From assembly GCA_030141605.1 (NCBI GenBank), contig JAQGDQ010002376.1:425349-489348 (forward strand): 64,000 nucleotides of DNA, given 5' to 3'. The DNA is from Tubiluchus corallicola (lineage: Eukaryota; Animalia; Priapulida). This document shows positions 23,952 through 38,900 of this stretch, piece after piece. The notes below the pieces were generated by a model. That model did no database searches. It saw nothing but the letters and a program-made list of their open reading frames with translations, and was not told the origin of the DNA. The stretch's first letter is position 1, and every line of letters begins with the position of its first letter. Both the position numbers and the translations under genes were made by a program.

Positions 23952-26900
23952 TTATGTTGTTGGCTTGTTGACTTTATAGGAGAAGACAAAGCTGACTGCA
24001 TTGCCAACAGCTTGCAAATGGCTGCCCTGTAATTAGTTGCAAATAATAGTAACTTATACGTATAACTTTTTTAGTGAAATTAGAAAGACTCGTAGATTAC
24101 TTTCGTCGAGATAATATTAATAATTTTAATACGATTGATGCTATTATATTGCTTATGGTGAACACAGCCAGGCATTTTATAGTAGCTAATTCTGTAAGTG
24201 GTATTTACTCTGCTTTGGCATTTAAGATCTGTTTTTATTTAATTTAAATGAGAAGTATCGTTCATTAAAATACTGGACAGCTGAATTGGGACTTGGGAGA
24301 CAAAAAGAAAAAAATGCTTAAAGTCAAATTTTGTGATCTCACCAATTTATGGTAAAGCAGTAGGGGCAGATGTTAAAGGAAAACCAGTTCTTGAATTAAC
24401 AAAATTTATTGCATTTTAATATACACTGAGAAGTACTGAATTCACCGCACAATATATGCACATAAGATGCCTTGCTTAAAAATGCAAAATAATTTTTTAT
24501 GTTCCGCCAAACGAACCTCGCTGAGGACAAACACAAAAAATGATGTAAGCTGGTAAGTAACAGGAAAGCACGCTTTTCATCAAATAGCAAAAAATGGTAT
24601 TATTAATATCTACTATTATCGTGGGTAACTGATTTTATTATATAGTGGGCAATAAAGATTCATCAAACAGCAAAAAAATGGTATTATTAATCTCTCGTTT
24701 TATGTTTTGGACTGCTTCTAAGTAATATAACAGCAAATGCAGCTGCAAAAAAGTTTGCTGAAGCACCTGGCAGGATAGGTGTTTATACTGAACGGCAACC
24801 ATATGACGTCATTTTTCATTCAAAATGAGCACCCCAAGTGTGAAATTATCATGACTTTAAATTGACTTTACTAATTGCACCAGGCTTTAAACTGAACGGC
24901 AACCATATAACGTCATTTTTCATTCAAAATGAGCACCCCAAGTGTGAAATTATCATGACTTTAAATTGACTTTACTAATTGCACCAGGCGCCTGTAAACT
25001 AAAGCTGAAGTTACTGCTGAAACTTTCTTAACATTTTCCCCCCAAATGTTAAAATAAGTTCAACTTCCTAAAAGTCCTGATTTTTCCTTTAATGTATCCA
25101 GCATGACGCAAACAGGGCACTTTTTTTATTTTTTCGATAAGTTTTTAACCACTGATAAATTTAATGTGTGAAGCTTAAGAACGCGTCCGCCAGAAGACCA
25201 TGCAAATTCGAAAAATTCCGGCACAAGGTTAGGTAAACCGATTCAGACCAAAGTTCGGGTATGAGGTCCACTAGTCACTAGTATTCACTATGTGAATCTG
25301 CTTGGTCCAACTCCTCATAGTAGCAGAGGTACGACATAGGCCGATTTTCATGAAAAAGTGCCTATTTTTCTCTATTTTTTTACACATATTTGAAGGATTA
25401 ACCATGCAACAACCACTGAGTTTGAATAAATCTGACTCTGCACAGTATTGGGTCTTGTTATCTTCTCCAAAATGACTTTTCGACTTTTGTCCCAAACCCC
25501 CCTCTTTCAGCTCGCATTACGCACAAGATGCAAATACTCCGTCATTTCAAAGTCTTATATCTTACCCACTGCGGGGGCGGGAACAAAAATATCGATATGT
25601 ATGTGAACAGAGCATCCCATCCCACTATGTTGCAGTGACAATTTCGATGGAGCGAATTTCCACCCTATTGTAAATGACCCTTGAAAGAGGCATGTATCAG
25701 GGTGAAAATATAGGTAACAACGTTCATCAAAAAGCTTCGTGTAGGTAACATGAGTTGTCAAATCCTGTCAAAATACTTCAAAACGTCATAAATATTCATC
25801 TTTGGCAACTAGGGGCCTGGACAGCACATTGGTTAAACTACCGACAGGACTGGACTCTAGCATTCAAGATGGCGGCCACTGCTGGACTAAAATGTTCGTT
25901 TTCTGGGCTGTTTACCAGCGTTAAATGCGGTATTCTGACTAGTTATCCGCACAAAACGAATATTGCGAATCTGTTAGCCTGTACTAAAGACACTGGAGCG
26001 CATTTAGAGCGCTTCCATCTTCAAAAAATGAAATATCTACGGAATGGAAATTGCTTCTTGCAGGGACTGGAAAATGTTTTATGTACTGTTTATTTTCTAT
26101 GCTTTGTAAATGTTATGTACAGGTTATTGCCTAGTTATTACTCATTGTCTTACGTAGGCGTACAAGCCAGGACACAAAGAAAATTGCCATAAATCTGAGC
26201 GAATGCCCAAAAAGTAGGGGACAGATGGTTACCCACCTCTGGTCTCATTGACCTACAGTTATCTCATCTCTTTGTTGCAGGATGCCATTATGCAATATTG
26301 AAAGGGTCGGTTAGTTGCACAAAGTTACCCTACCTACATCTGTATATTAAGTCACTAGAGTTTCTGTGCTAAATTAAACTTTCACTTGCACTGGCCTTTA
26401 AAAGCTTTTATCGATAAATTAACTTTTACCAAATAAAATTTACAGTAAATAATATTAATTGCTGTAAAAACATCGTTACAATAAAACTTTAATTCTCACT
26501 TGAAGAACGCAGTTCTGTATTGGTCCTTTGTAATGCTCCCACTCCATCAGTTGATCCATAGATAAGTGTTTGGCTTTCACATTCATAGGTACCATACTGT
26601 CAATTTTGGAAGATGAAATGGCACCACATAGTTGGTCACACACGCAGTTCAGCAAGTCATGTGTAGCACAGGTTTCACTTTTCACCAGAGTAAATAAATC
26701 CTGCGAACAATTTGTCATAACATAAAGACAGATAGGAAAATCCTATTAATAAAATACCATTAGGCATTGTTGTGGCAAGAAATTTTTAATAAAAAAGGAA
26801 ATAAAAATAAATTTCATCAATAATGCAAGTATTTACACATTACCTTGTGCATTACCACATTTGTTTATGGTGTTGATGCTGCAAACCAGCATATCGCACA

Positions 26901-29900
26901 AGCAGACTTGAATGTTTGTCTCTGATTTTCTTTAATAAACTTCAGTATATTAGCTCAAAAGTCATTGTAATAATAATAGCAATTTATTTCCTTAATACTC
27001 ATGGTACAGTTCAACCAATTATGAAGTTGAAGTTTCCAATTGCTGCTTAAAAACAATTATCGTGATTGACAGTTTGTTTCAAAATGCAGACTCACACGAG
27101 TTACTCATGCATTCCCTTTTTTACCAGAAATTCAACTGATCAAAATTTGCATATACAACCTTTAATTCCTCTTGAGAAAAAGTGACAGTGCTGCTGCAGC
27201 TGCTGGCATCGACTATGGCACTGCTCAAGCCTTGTTTCATTACTTGCCGCTGATAAATCTTTTCTTCTATGGTGCCCTGTATAAGACAAAATAACTAACA
27301 CACCTGCAAATAAATATGTAATGCAACAGTAACATTGGTTAATACATATAGACAGCTAGGTAACAGAACCATCTCAAAACAGTATTGTAGGCCCCCAGAA
27401 AAGCAGTGTATTGGGACCCCCTACCTACACAACCATTCTGGAACAAAAATGTAAATGTCGATAAAATTAAACATATATTTATTGTATTGGTACTTCCAGT
27501 ATAGTATAGTATAGCTTAGCATAGTATTTATTTATTGACAGCAAATCACAACATTCATAGATTAGCATGGGCCCGATGCACATCGAGTCCCGGGGCAACT
27601 GCCCAGCATGCCCATGCATTAGAGATGCCTCTGCCATGCAAGGCTAATAGTACAACAGTTAAAGGTCTACATTTACTAGGAAGTGAAATGTGAAAGCAGG
27701 TTTAGAGAAAACAGAATTCCTACAATTAAGCTGTTACCGAATTGAAATATTTTATAACATATTTTCCTGAAGCAAAAGGTACAATGTAAGTACTGCCAAC
27801 AAGTTGTTGGCATTTAGCAACCAACAAACAAGGATCGTGAATGCATCTTCTCAAGCGGAGCAATAAGCGGCTTCATGTAACAATAAACCTTCGTTGTACA
27901 AAAGACTGCAGATCCCAAGTCAGATGTCACTAGAATGGTTATTTGCAATCTGCCAAGTGCTTTACAGTAAAAAAGACAATGACACCATCCCAGACACGGA
28001 CTCCATAAGTGGTCCAATGGTTGAACTGCGCAGATAGAGTACAGTATCAGGAATTAGGTCTTTACAAGTGAGAACAGGCATATTCCAAGTTTTTTCACGT
28101 ACTCCCAGCCACTAATGTGAGCTACTTTTCTTGTCTAAGAGTCACACCACAAGTTGAAAAAGTGCAAGGAAAAGATTGGAAGATTCATCTAGTAATACAA
28201 CATCTACATTCATCAAGATTAAGATTATGACAGAGGTTCGGCAAAACGTTTGTCAGTAATACGGTCATGTATTTGAGTGGGCCGGCTGACACTTTAAATG
28301 AGATCCTGACCTCCCCAGACAATGTGATACTTGCTGAAAGACGATGTGATCAACCTGACAAGACGTTGTCCAGGACATGTGGGTCTCCCGCTATGATTCA
28401 TCACAATTCAAATCAACAACTCTTATGCATATAAAAAGCTAACAGTGCATTTCTGTAACTATCTACATAGTAGATGACAATGAGTGCAAGTTTTCTTGAA
28501 CAGCTTGAACCACTTTCTGTCTGCAGAAGCAGAGAGTGGAGTCCTTTTGTTAGACATGTACAATTGTGCAGGCATTAGTATCCACATCATTTTACATCAT
28601 TCAGTCAATTATAGGCATGACATCAATACCATGGGACACTTCCAGCACCTGTGCCATAGTGGCCAGTATGCTGTGGATGCCTGTAATAAGCAGCATGCTA
28701 GGGTTCCCCGTTTGTGCATGGTTAGTATGCATTATCATAATCTATAATTACATAATAATTCATAGGTTTTTGTTACTATTTTTACTAGGTGGCATTTAGC
28801 TAGCATGGCACATTACTGGGAAAGGGGAGACCAGAAAAGAAAAGCAGCAACCGCTACCTGCCAATTTCATGTGACGGGCAAATGATCCAAAAACTGTATC
28901 TAAACTAATTGCGTTATGGTTAGTAAATAAAACGATATTGTAGAAGAAAACACCTAAAAATGATTCAATCCAATTCTAAGAATAAAATTGCTTTTAAAAG
29001 ACAGTAATAAAATACCACTGTGAGCAGACGATATATGTGCACTGTTCTTTTCTGTCCATCTCGCCATACACGAGCCATGGCCTGCAGGTCATTGGCCGGA
29101 TTCCAGTCAATGTCGTAGAGAATAAGCCTCGAAGCTCCGATCAGGTTTAATCCTTGTCCGCCAGCTTTGCAGCTTAGTAAGAATACAGCTAGAATGCGAA
29201 TACAACAGAATTTAATTAATAATTTATGCAAGTCATGGATCGAACTCATCGTTGACAAAGATATCAAGCAGTTTCTTCTAGTATTAGTATTTATAAAATT
29301 TCATGTCCATAAGCTTAAATAATGATGCCAAATTTAGGTGTGTTTGAAGTGACATATACCAACAAAATTACCACCTTTTTAGCCATTTCTAAATATGAGC
29401 AAGAATGCAAAACCAAACTACATCACGATTTCACTAACCACATAAACAACTAAAACTCTACATACTTTCTGAAGCGTTCCTGTTGTTAAACTGATCTACC
29501 AGTTCTTGCCGTCTACTGGAAGGTGTTGTCCCATCCAGTCTCAAGTAACGATAATTGCTTTTAACGCACACTTCTTGTAAAATATCTAACGTCTAAAAAC
29601 ATTAACCACTTGATTACAAATACATTTCAACTGCATCGATGTACAACAAATTTAGGACGAGGTTTCTCAGGAATTTACAAAATAAACAATTTAGTGGTTG
29701 TAGTTTACAAATAGTGGTAACTTTTAACACAATTTAATTACGGTGTAACAATTAATACTCATAGTATATAGTATAATAATAAGTGCTATTAATACAATTA
29801 TGAATGCATGTTTAAACTTTATTGCATTTTCTTTATGGCATATTCAGACGTCGAGACTTCTCCCGCAACTTCTCTCTGAGAGTACGCCACACGTGTGAAT

Positions 29901-32900
29901 GGTTGGCAACTTTTCTTGCAGCTTATTGCAAACCCAGAAGGAAAAGAGAAAAGTTGCACAGCAAGTTGCGAGAGAAGTTGCCAAACCACTCACACCTGCA
30001 ACTACTCTCAGACAGAAGTTGCGCAGCAAATTGCGAGATTAGTCTCTACGTCTGAACGTGCCAGTAGCATACCTCAGTATAATTTGAAACAACAACAGAT
30101 TTCTCTACATTTTTGTTTGTTGCATGAAAAGAGTACAGCAAGCTAGATAACACAAGGAGTTTCCCTGAATGTTCTGCCAGTGACACGTGCTCTCCAGAAA
30201 ACAATGACAGTATATCGTCAAAAAGGCACAACTGTATGGAATAACAGACAGCCAAAATTAATATGCCATAAGAGTAATAAAACATAAGTTACATGCAGAA
30301 ATTTAGTACAGTTAACTGTGCATGCTTGCACAGACAACAGTAATCAGAAAAATAAGGATTTTGATCAAGAAGTTGATTGACTAAGATACTAAGCTGGCGA
30401 ATTCAGACTCAATTTGTGAAAGGAAATTTATCTTTTTTGAGAGGGATTACAATATTTTGTTTACGTACAGTATGTAGATTTAACAGTACTGCTAATTTAC
30501 AACAGCTAGTGTTCTTGTTGGTAAGACAAAGTTAGTTTCAATTGTAGAAAAGTCATGTTCAAGACTACAGAATGTAAAATACCAAAAGCAAAATCAACAT
30601 CAGAAATCAAAATTTTATAAGACATAGACAATTTATTTTTCTTCTCTTAAGCATAATGCAACAAATCAACAATTGACTGGATGTATGTTCCTTCCATTTC
30701 AGGACTGTGAATTTATAACGATATCATTTTGAAGTAACTTTAAAAAAAATAAAATCTATAATACTAACTAACATGTACCTAATAATAGGCCCAGATCTAT
30801 AATAAAGTCACAGGAAAAAAGTCACGGAAAAAGCCACAGTTCTGGCTAAGGTCAGGGTTAGGGTTATTTTTTTTCCAATGCATTTTGTCAGCAACTTTTT
30901 TACCTGGGATCAGATAACCAGTAATGATAGTAATGCTAGTTGTTACAGTAGTCAGCTATAAGACTAGATCTTAACTTTAATAATGTTTATATTTTAGATT
31001 ACGATAGGAAGCAGTTTTCATATCACTGGGAAGGCTATTCCACAAAATAGACCCTGGAATTTCAGTGACCTGTCTCAAATTTGTGTTGAAACGTTCTATG
31101 TCATAATTGCTGCTGCTTGCAAATCTAGAGTTGTAATCATGTGTTGTGTCTATAGAGTGATAGTAATAAGAAAACAGTACTGGATGAGTGTTATGTTTGA
31201 ATCTGTAAACAAAATTGTTTAATTCTAATTTATGTATGTTTTAGTTTTAGCAGGTTTAATTCATAACACAACGATGTAACATGAGCTCTTCTACTGGCAA
31301 ATGTCATTAATTAAATAAATTTATTTTGATTGATTGTAAGGGGTTTCAAAGCTGAATTAGGGGCAATGCCATGAACAGTCAGAAATGAGTTTCATTGTAT
31401 CTTTATTGATATTATGCCCAATTTAAAAAAAGACATTCCATTAATTTTGCTTATTTTGCTGTTAACATGTTGGAATGGGAATGCCATGCCAATTAATAGT
31501 CAATTATTATTCCCAAGTGTTGTTCCTATATCTGTAATTGTCATGTGGCCTAAAACCAATTATTGCACCAAAATAATTGAGATTCTTTTATCATTTGTCT
31601 GGGAATAGTTTGTTCATCTAGCCCTGTGTTTAGCTACAACTCTGGCAAAGATGTAGTAATCGGTAATTTATGCTACGTATCGTCCATTGTTAAAGATCCA
31701 ACATGCCAGATAATACAGAAACAATTTGTATAACGACTATAACACAAAGCATGGTAAATGAGCAAGCATTCAGTAACTCAGCGAGCGTCTGCTTGTACAG
31801 TGAATGAGGCGCATGCGCATTTTTCCCACGATCTTGTGCTGATAGGCAAGCCTGTTCGAGTGCTTGTTGCTGGAGCTGATGTACAAAGGAAAAGTACGGC
31901 AGAAAATATTGCCCTCAACGCGAAGCACAATGTAGCAATGAATGATTTCAGTGAATTAGTTGAGGAACGTACTGATCATTACAAAACGAATCGGAGAATC
32001 ATCATGTGAAAGAAATTGCCACAAATACCTTCAGTAATGCAAGTTATGAAGATTACGAACCGGCTGTGCCGAGGAGCTTAATGAATGGAAAGCAGTTCAA
32101 ACGCAATTCGATACTCGGGTAAGACGTATTACAAACATATTCGCTCCGCCATATTGACCCCATACTAATGCGATAAATTAGTTAAGGACTGCAATTAGAA
32201 ACGTTTTTTCCAATAACAAGAAACGTCTTATGATACAACAAAAAATTGCTATACGGGAAGAATGTAGCAACATAGTTTATGAGACATTGAGTTTAATTTA
32301 ATAAATGTACCGGCAGTCCATAAATGCAAGTACATTTTTGGTGGGGAGGGGGTTTGAATCTCTCCAAACTTAGATCGTGAGAAACAATTTTAAGTTGAGT
32401 GTAAGAGTGAAGTCATGTGAAAGAAGCTTTTCAAAGCTTAAACAAACCAAAAACTGCTTGCGATCCACAATGGAACAGTCAAAGCTATCTGATCTTTCGG
32501 TTTTATCTGTTAAAATTGACTTAGCAAAAGTAATTGATTTTGATGAAGTAATTGACAACTTTGCAGCAGTGAAATCCAGGAATGGAAAGTTCTGATTGCT
32601 GACATAAATTATAATTAGTAAAATACTGAACTGTTTGTGTTTTAATGCCAGTTTCTTTTGATACTTCAACTAAGAAGTGTATTTTCATATGATTAAAAGT
32701 GCTGCTTCAATGTGCAAATATATCATAAAAATTAAAAATATTAAGTTTTCAATTTAAAATAAACATTGTCAGTATACTAATGTGTGCTTAGCACTTTAAC
32801 TCAGTAGGATGGAAAATAAAGTGATGTTGTCTAGATGATGTTTCTCCTAATCGCCATGCAGCAAGTACTAGCTATGCACATAAGATCATACTAAAGGATA

Positions 32901-35900
32901 CAGTATATAAGCTCCAATGCACGTTTGATACCATGAGTACTGCACCGAATGACACCAACCTTGTGGTTGCCAGATTAGAAAATTAGAAATATGGGACACT
33001 CTTATAATCTCTTTCCATACACACACATATATAATATAAGAGATTATAAGTGTCCCATATTTCTAATTTTCTAATCTGGCAACCATAGGGCAACTGTATA
33101 TATATATATATAGACATAAATTTAAACACGCCTAACACCCAGATCAATATATTATATAAAAGTAGAGACATAAGTTAAAAACATTAAGCAGGGATTTTAA
33201 TGGGTTATGAGGAAAACAAAAGTAAAATCATTTGAAAATATTTATTTAATACCGAAAATGGAGAAATATTATGATTATTTAATAATTACATTTGGGATAT
33301 TTTCATCAAAAGGATCTGAGAAAAGAAAATACAATTATTCATAAAGTTACTAGTAAGAACCCGTAAGAAGGTAGTAAAAATGCATTTTTATCACGAAATT
33401 TGAAAATGAACTAAATACGCCACGGGGGACAAAATTATCAAATATGGGACATGTCCTGTATATAAGGGACGTCCAGCAACCCTAACCCTAGCGAAGCCCC
33501 TGTTCACCAGACAGGCACACCTTAGACGTAGATATTTTTCTTCTCCGTCAGTATATGATTAAATTATTCGTGAGGCAAACAAATAATAAATTTATTTAGG
33601 AGATGGGCTAGGAAAGAGCTCAATGAACAACTTTTAGCTCCTTTGATGATTTTCAAAATTTATAGTAATTCTTTTCAATGGAAGGCATCTGTTACATAAT
33701 AGCAAAATGTTTACTACAACAATGTTGTGAGATACATAAGTTATTAATAACATCCTAGCATTTTAGGAATAACTCATCATTTAAATTTTTGACAGGACAA
33801 AGTTTATAGGCTTCAAAGTAAAATATCCTCTAAAATCTAATAAATCTTAACAATTTTATGCATACTAAAACTGCTGTGATGCCCAGGTATTGCCTTTTCC
33901 ACAGTTTTTGTGTGGCACTCCAGCACTCAGCCTTGGCTTATTTAATACCAGTGATTGTGGCACACCAGTACTCAGCCCTGGCTTATTTAATACCGGCGGT
34001 TGTGACAGGATCTGGCAAAGGATTCTGTGATAATCAGGAATTATCAAGGATAATCCTTTAGATGAAACAGTGAATTGGCAGAAGTGTCTCAGCCCGGTTG
34101 GGAAGATGAATACACTCCCTGAAGGAGATAAGCAGCCCGAATCAGTGTAGTAAGTGAAACAGTTTAAAGTTCATATAGAATCCAGTGGTCATCTATATCG
34201 CATTCACTGACCAGTGCTAGGTTGCGGAGTTGAGCCTAAAAGCACATCAATGTGGGTTCCTGATTGATGAAAGTCGACCCCAAACCTGACTCTTGAGGCC
34301 TGACTCCCAGAAGTTCTTAAAATTTTGATTTTTGAGGCATTTTATTAACCAGACTCAAACCATTAGATGATAGATATTATATTATGAACCTTAAGTAAAG
34401 GTACTGCTTAATATTTATGTTTAAGGCAGGAGTATTTTATTATCAACAGACTGTGGCTTTTCTTTACCTGAAGATCTAATCAGCAAAACATTAGAACCAA
34501 TGGAATTTTAAATGCATTGTTTTAAGCTGCAGACCCTGCATTGATCAGCTTCAGTATTGTTTAATTTTACTTATCTAAGCATATGCCATTATAATTCGGC
34601 TATCACCCTTGCCACAGAGATACTAAAAAGTATTATTATACTGTATTAATAGCATGTAATTATATAAAAATAACTTCCTGAAGTTTTTCTAGACAATAAA
34701 AGAGTAGCTATAAATTGTTGATATTATGATTTATAAATTATTGAACATGTTTTATTTGTTTTGACTTAAAGATTTGAAAGACATGGGGAAGCATTTTGCA
34801 ATTTTTTAACTCATTATCATTGAATATTAGAGCTACATTTATAGCCGAATGACTGTTATAAGTCTGTTGCTACTAAGCTTTAATTATCTGACTTTTTTGG
34901 TGAAACAGTTGTCTTAGCTATCAAAACTGACTAATTTGTTGCTAAAATAGAACATGTGACAGCAATTTTTGCAAAAAGTTAAAAGTCAAATGAAAACTAA
35001 CATGAGAAAACGAATAATTTTTAAGAACAAGAAACAAAGCCATTAGAAGTGCTATTTAGTACACCGCTGTGCGCTATCTTCCGATATGATTTATTGAAGA
35101 CATTTTATTTTGTTTTCCAAACTCTTAGCATCGACTAAGCACGGCATCGAATTGCACCAAGGAAATTCTGTCCTTTTGTCCGTTATGCTACAGATTTTGT
35201 TATGTTACTTTTGTTTTCTATATTATTGTGTTATGGTTTTGAAGTAGTTTTGCAAGGTTGTCTCTCATACCAGTTCAGTTCTTTGGTGTCTTGATCATCT
35301 TAGGCGTGTATTTTTTGTTGCCTCAGATGTGAGATATCAAAAGCCGACAATATACCTTTAGTCTGTTCCCGCAAAATTCAGTTACTTTTTTAGTCACTTT
35401 TCGATTTATACATGCCCATTAAAAAATTTTACGAAACGAAATTGTGTAAATACATGGCAACAATTTCAAAATAGAAAGCATGAATTTTTTTTACTCGAGA
35501 GAGGTACTCTGACTTTTCAGACTCAGAAATAAACACTTGTACTTCAATTACTTGTGTTGGATAAGTAATCCATGTTGTTTATGTTGGGAATTAGGGTTAT
35601 GATTCTATTTAATTTTACTGTAGCATTATTCTTCGAGAAAAATCATTATTTAATGTTTTTAATCTCGAATTTTATATTAGTTAAAGTTAACGTTTTATTC
35701 ACAGGTGAACAATTTGATGCTAGGAAAGCAAGTGAATAGTCTGCACAATCCCTTGTTCAATCATGAATGCTTATGAAATGAACGAAGAGCTGCAAGCTGC
35801 CATTGAACAGTTAGAACTTGAGCAAATCGATCTGTGTGGAGAGCAGGCTGGCGAAAGCTCTATTTCAGAACTGGTTTATACTAACAGCATCAAAAATATT

Positions 35901-38900
35901 ACTAGCAGCGTAACAGATGTGGGCTCAGTACAGCAGCAGCAAGCAGGCAGTCAGACTCGTTCAGCTGTGACTCATGCTACGTATCAGCAGCAGGCTCTAT
36001 CCAGAATAAATGAGTTTAATGTCAGCCTTGAGCTTATGAATACAGCCTGCGTTGATAGTAGAGATGGTTTGTGTGCGCTGGGTACCGGGACCGCTGTAAA
36101 AGATTTTGTCACTTTGGACGAATTCCAAGCTCTGCAGCAGAATCAAATGAAAGAATCATTTTCTGCTAGTGGGTTACTAGAGAGTTTAAACAATAATGAA
36201 ATAACTAATGGTACACCAGAGCATTTAGACAATAATGAAAATGTTTTTGACACTCTACAGAGTGAAGGGTACATTGAAACTGCTATTGATTCATTAGGGA
36301 CATTAGAGAATAACGACGTTGCTGTGACTATTGGCAGCAATGCATTAGATATAAATCTACTGCCGTTCAGCCAGCAAGACTCAGATCATTCGTTGTCTAG
36401 GCAACAACACACTACTTCACAAAAAGTAGAAATCAATAAGCAATATGAATTGGATCTGCCCATAGAAGATGTTACGGAGCAACGTCTTGCTAGTGATGTT
36501 ACCAAGCAGATGTGCAGTGATTATGGTATTGATGTGAAATTCAGTGTGGAAAATTTTACAAGTATGCCTGTAAATAATCAGGATAATGACTTGAATCGTG
36601 ATATAGATGATTCTGATTCTGATTCTTCAGATTCAGATTCTAATTCTGACGACTTTGATAATCAGGACAGTATTCAGAATTCAGTTGCTCCTTTAAATGA
36701 AAAAACTTCTGATAGCATAATTAATGGTTCGGTTTTCGAACGCAATGAAGCTAAAGTGATAAGTGGTTTTCCCATTAGTCTAAACAGTGATAATGTTGAA
36801 CAATTACAAGTAGAATGTAAAATCACAAATTCTCCAGTAAATATTGAAGAATGTCAAAAATACACAATAGAAAATTCCTGTAAGACGATCTTATTCAAAA
36901 CTGATGAACAGTGTGAATGTCTCGACTGTGGTGCATCACTGAGTAATCTTCTGAGTTCACAAGAACATCTTGGATTAATGACAGCCGTTGTGAAGTTGTG
37001 TACATGCTTACAGGAAGGTAGAAAATGTTTACATTATGCAAATGAAGTAAGCACCTCTAAGTTACATGTGAGTGAACTATACAGTTGTCATATGTGTGAA
37101 ATAACTTTTCACAGACTGTCTGCATTAACAAATCACATGGTTATGAAACATAATGATGAGGACTCAACTGACAATCAAAGTGTTGCTGCTAATTACATAC
37201 AACCACCTGCTAGTTTGCAAAAGACCCATAAATGTGGAATTTGTCCAGCTTCATTTTCCAATGTTTTTAATTTGCAAAAGCATGGTAGAGTTGTTCATAG
37301 TGCAATACCAAAACAGTATCGATGTACTAAATGTACTGCTTCTTTTCAAGCCTTGAAGAATTTAACATTACATCTTCGGCTTCACGAAAATGAGCAGCAG
37401 TCATTTGAGTCTCAGCGAATAGATAAAATAGCGACAAAAACCCCAACAGCAGGAACTGATGAAGCCAGTAAGCCTGATCAAGCTAGTAAGCCTGACAGTA
37501 TTGACAAAATACCAGTGAATGGCATTAAGAAGGCTGGGAATACAGATGAGAAATCAATAAAGTGTAGAATGTGCCCGGCTGCATTTAAACATACAGCAAG
37601 CCTTAAAAGGCACATACAAATCACTCATAACAAGATAAAAATGTATTCATGCAAACTCTGCCCAGCTAGATTTGGAGTTAAATCAACAGTTAAAAAACAT
37701 ATGAGTGATGTGCATGGGGGTGTGCCTAAAAAGTATAAATGTCAACATTGTACTGCTTCATACAGAGCCCTGAAGAATTTGCAGCGGCACATGAAACTTC
37801 ATATTGCTAAATTACAGCCTGTACAGGAAAAAAAGAAAAACCAGTACCTCTGTTTTTTGTGTAGCACAAGATGTTCATCAGCGGATGTTCTTAAAGAACA
37901 TATTAAAACCCACTCTGAGACGAAAGAGCCAACGGCAGATATAACAACTACACCAAGAAAAGCACTTCTGAAGATATTTAAGTGTAATGTCTGCTCAGTT
38001 AGTTTTCACAGTCGACTAGACAGGGATGTGCATTTGCAAACTGCTCATGAGAAGGCAAAATCAACACCTGAGCAACAAAACAGTAGCTTGGATTCCAGTA
38101 TATGCAGGGTATGCAAAAACAGTTTTAATTCTAAAGCTCTCTTGGACCAGCACATGAAGCAGTATAAGAAGCTGTATGAGTGTAATGCTTGCCCTGCTAT
38201 GTTCAAAGTATCCACTAACAGAAATAAACACGTGAATAATGTGCATTCTGGTGCATTAAAGGCTTTCCGATGCGATGTTTGTGGAGGTGGATTTCACAGA
38301 GAATATAGCTTGCAAAGCCACATGCTACTGCATAATCAAGCCCACAAAGAGCAATATAAGTGTGATAAGTGTGATTTCAATTGTAATTCGTCAGAACAGC
38401 TGAAGACTCATATCATTTGCAAGCATTCAGTAACTGCACAAAGTCCTGGAATTATCATAATGGACACTCCAACTGTAAGCCTGCAAAAAATCAAAGTAGA
38501 AGATTCACATGCCGAGGCTATTACTATTCAGGAGTCTGCAGACATGGATTTTTGTGAAGATATGGAGCACTGTTGTGACATTTGTGGAAAGTTTTTCATG
38601 AAAGAGTCAGAGTTACTAGTACATGAAAAAGTACACATGGCACTAAAACCTTATAAATGTGGAATTTGTGGTCTAGACTTTTGTGACATGAGTACACTTG
38701 ACATCCACCAAACATCACATACCAACAAGTCATATGAAGCATACACAAAAATGGTTGCCGAGACTTCAAATTCAAGCTGCTATGTTGACTTCCAAAATAT
38801 TGGTATGCGAGAACTACACAGCAGTGGTAATGAAAATCTTAGTAATGAGAGAAAAGTGCCATTTGGGAAGAAAAGAGAAAGAGTTTATGAGTGTGACACG

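Noticed and set aside
25755-26192. 145-aa ORF
   Set aside because: Non-ATG start, no domain recognised, and it lies in a probable repeat inside the last RAD54B intron.
30845-30870. Telomeric TTAGGG tract
   Set aside because: Only 2-3 imperfect units inside a small repeat-like segment; not an interstitial telomere.
31758-32009. 83-aa ORF as a coding first exon of the ZNF
   Set aside because: It stops before the donor, and the ZNF frame has several stops between the acceptor (35705) and the ATG (35763).
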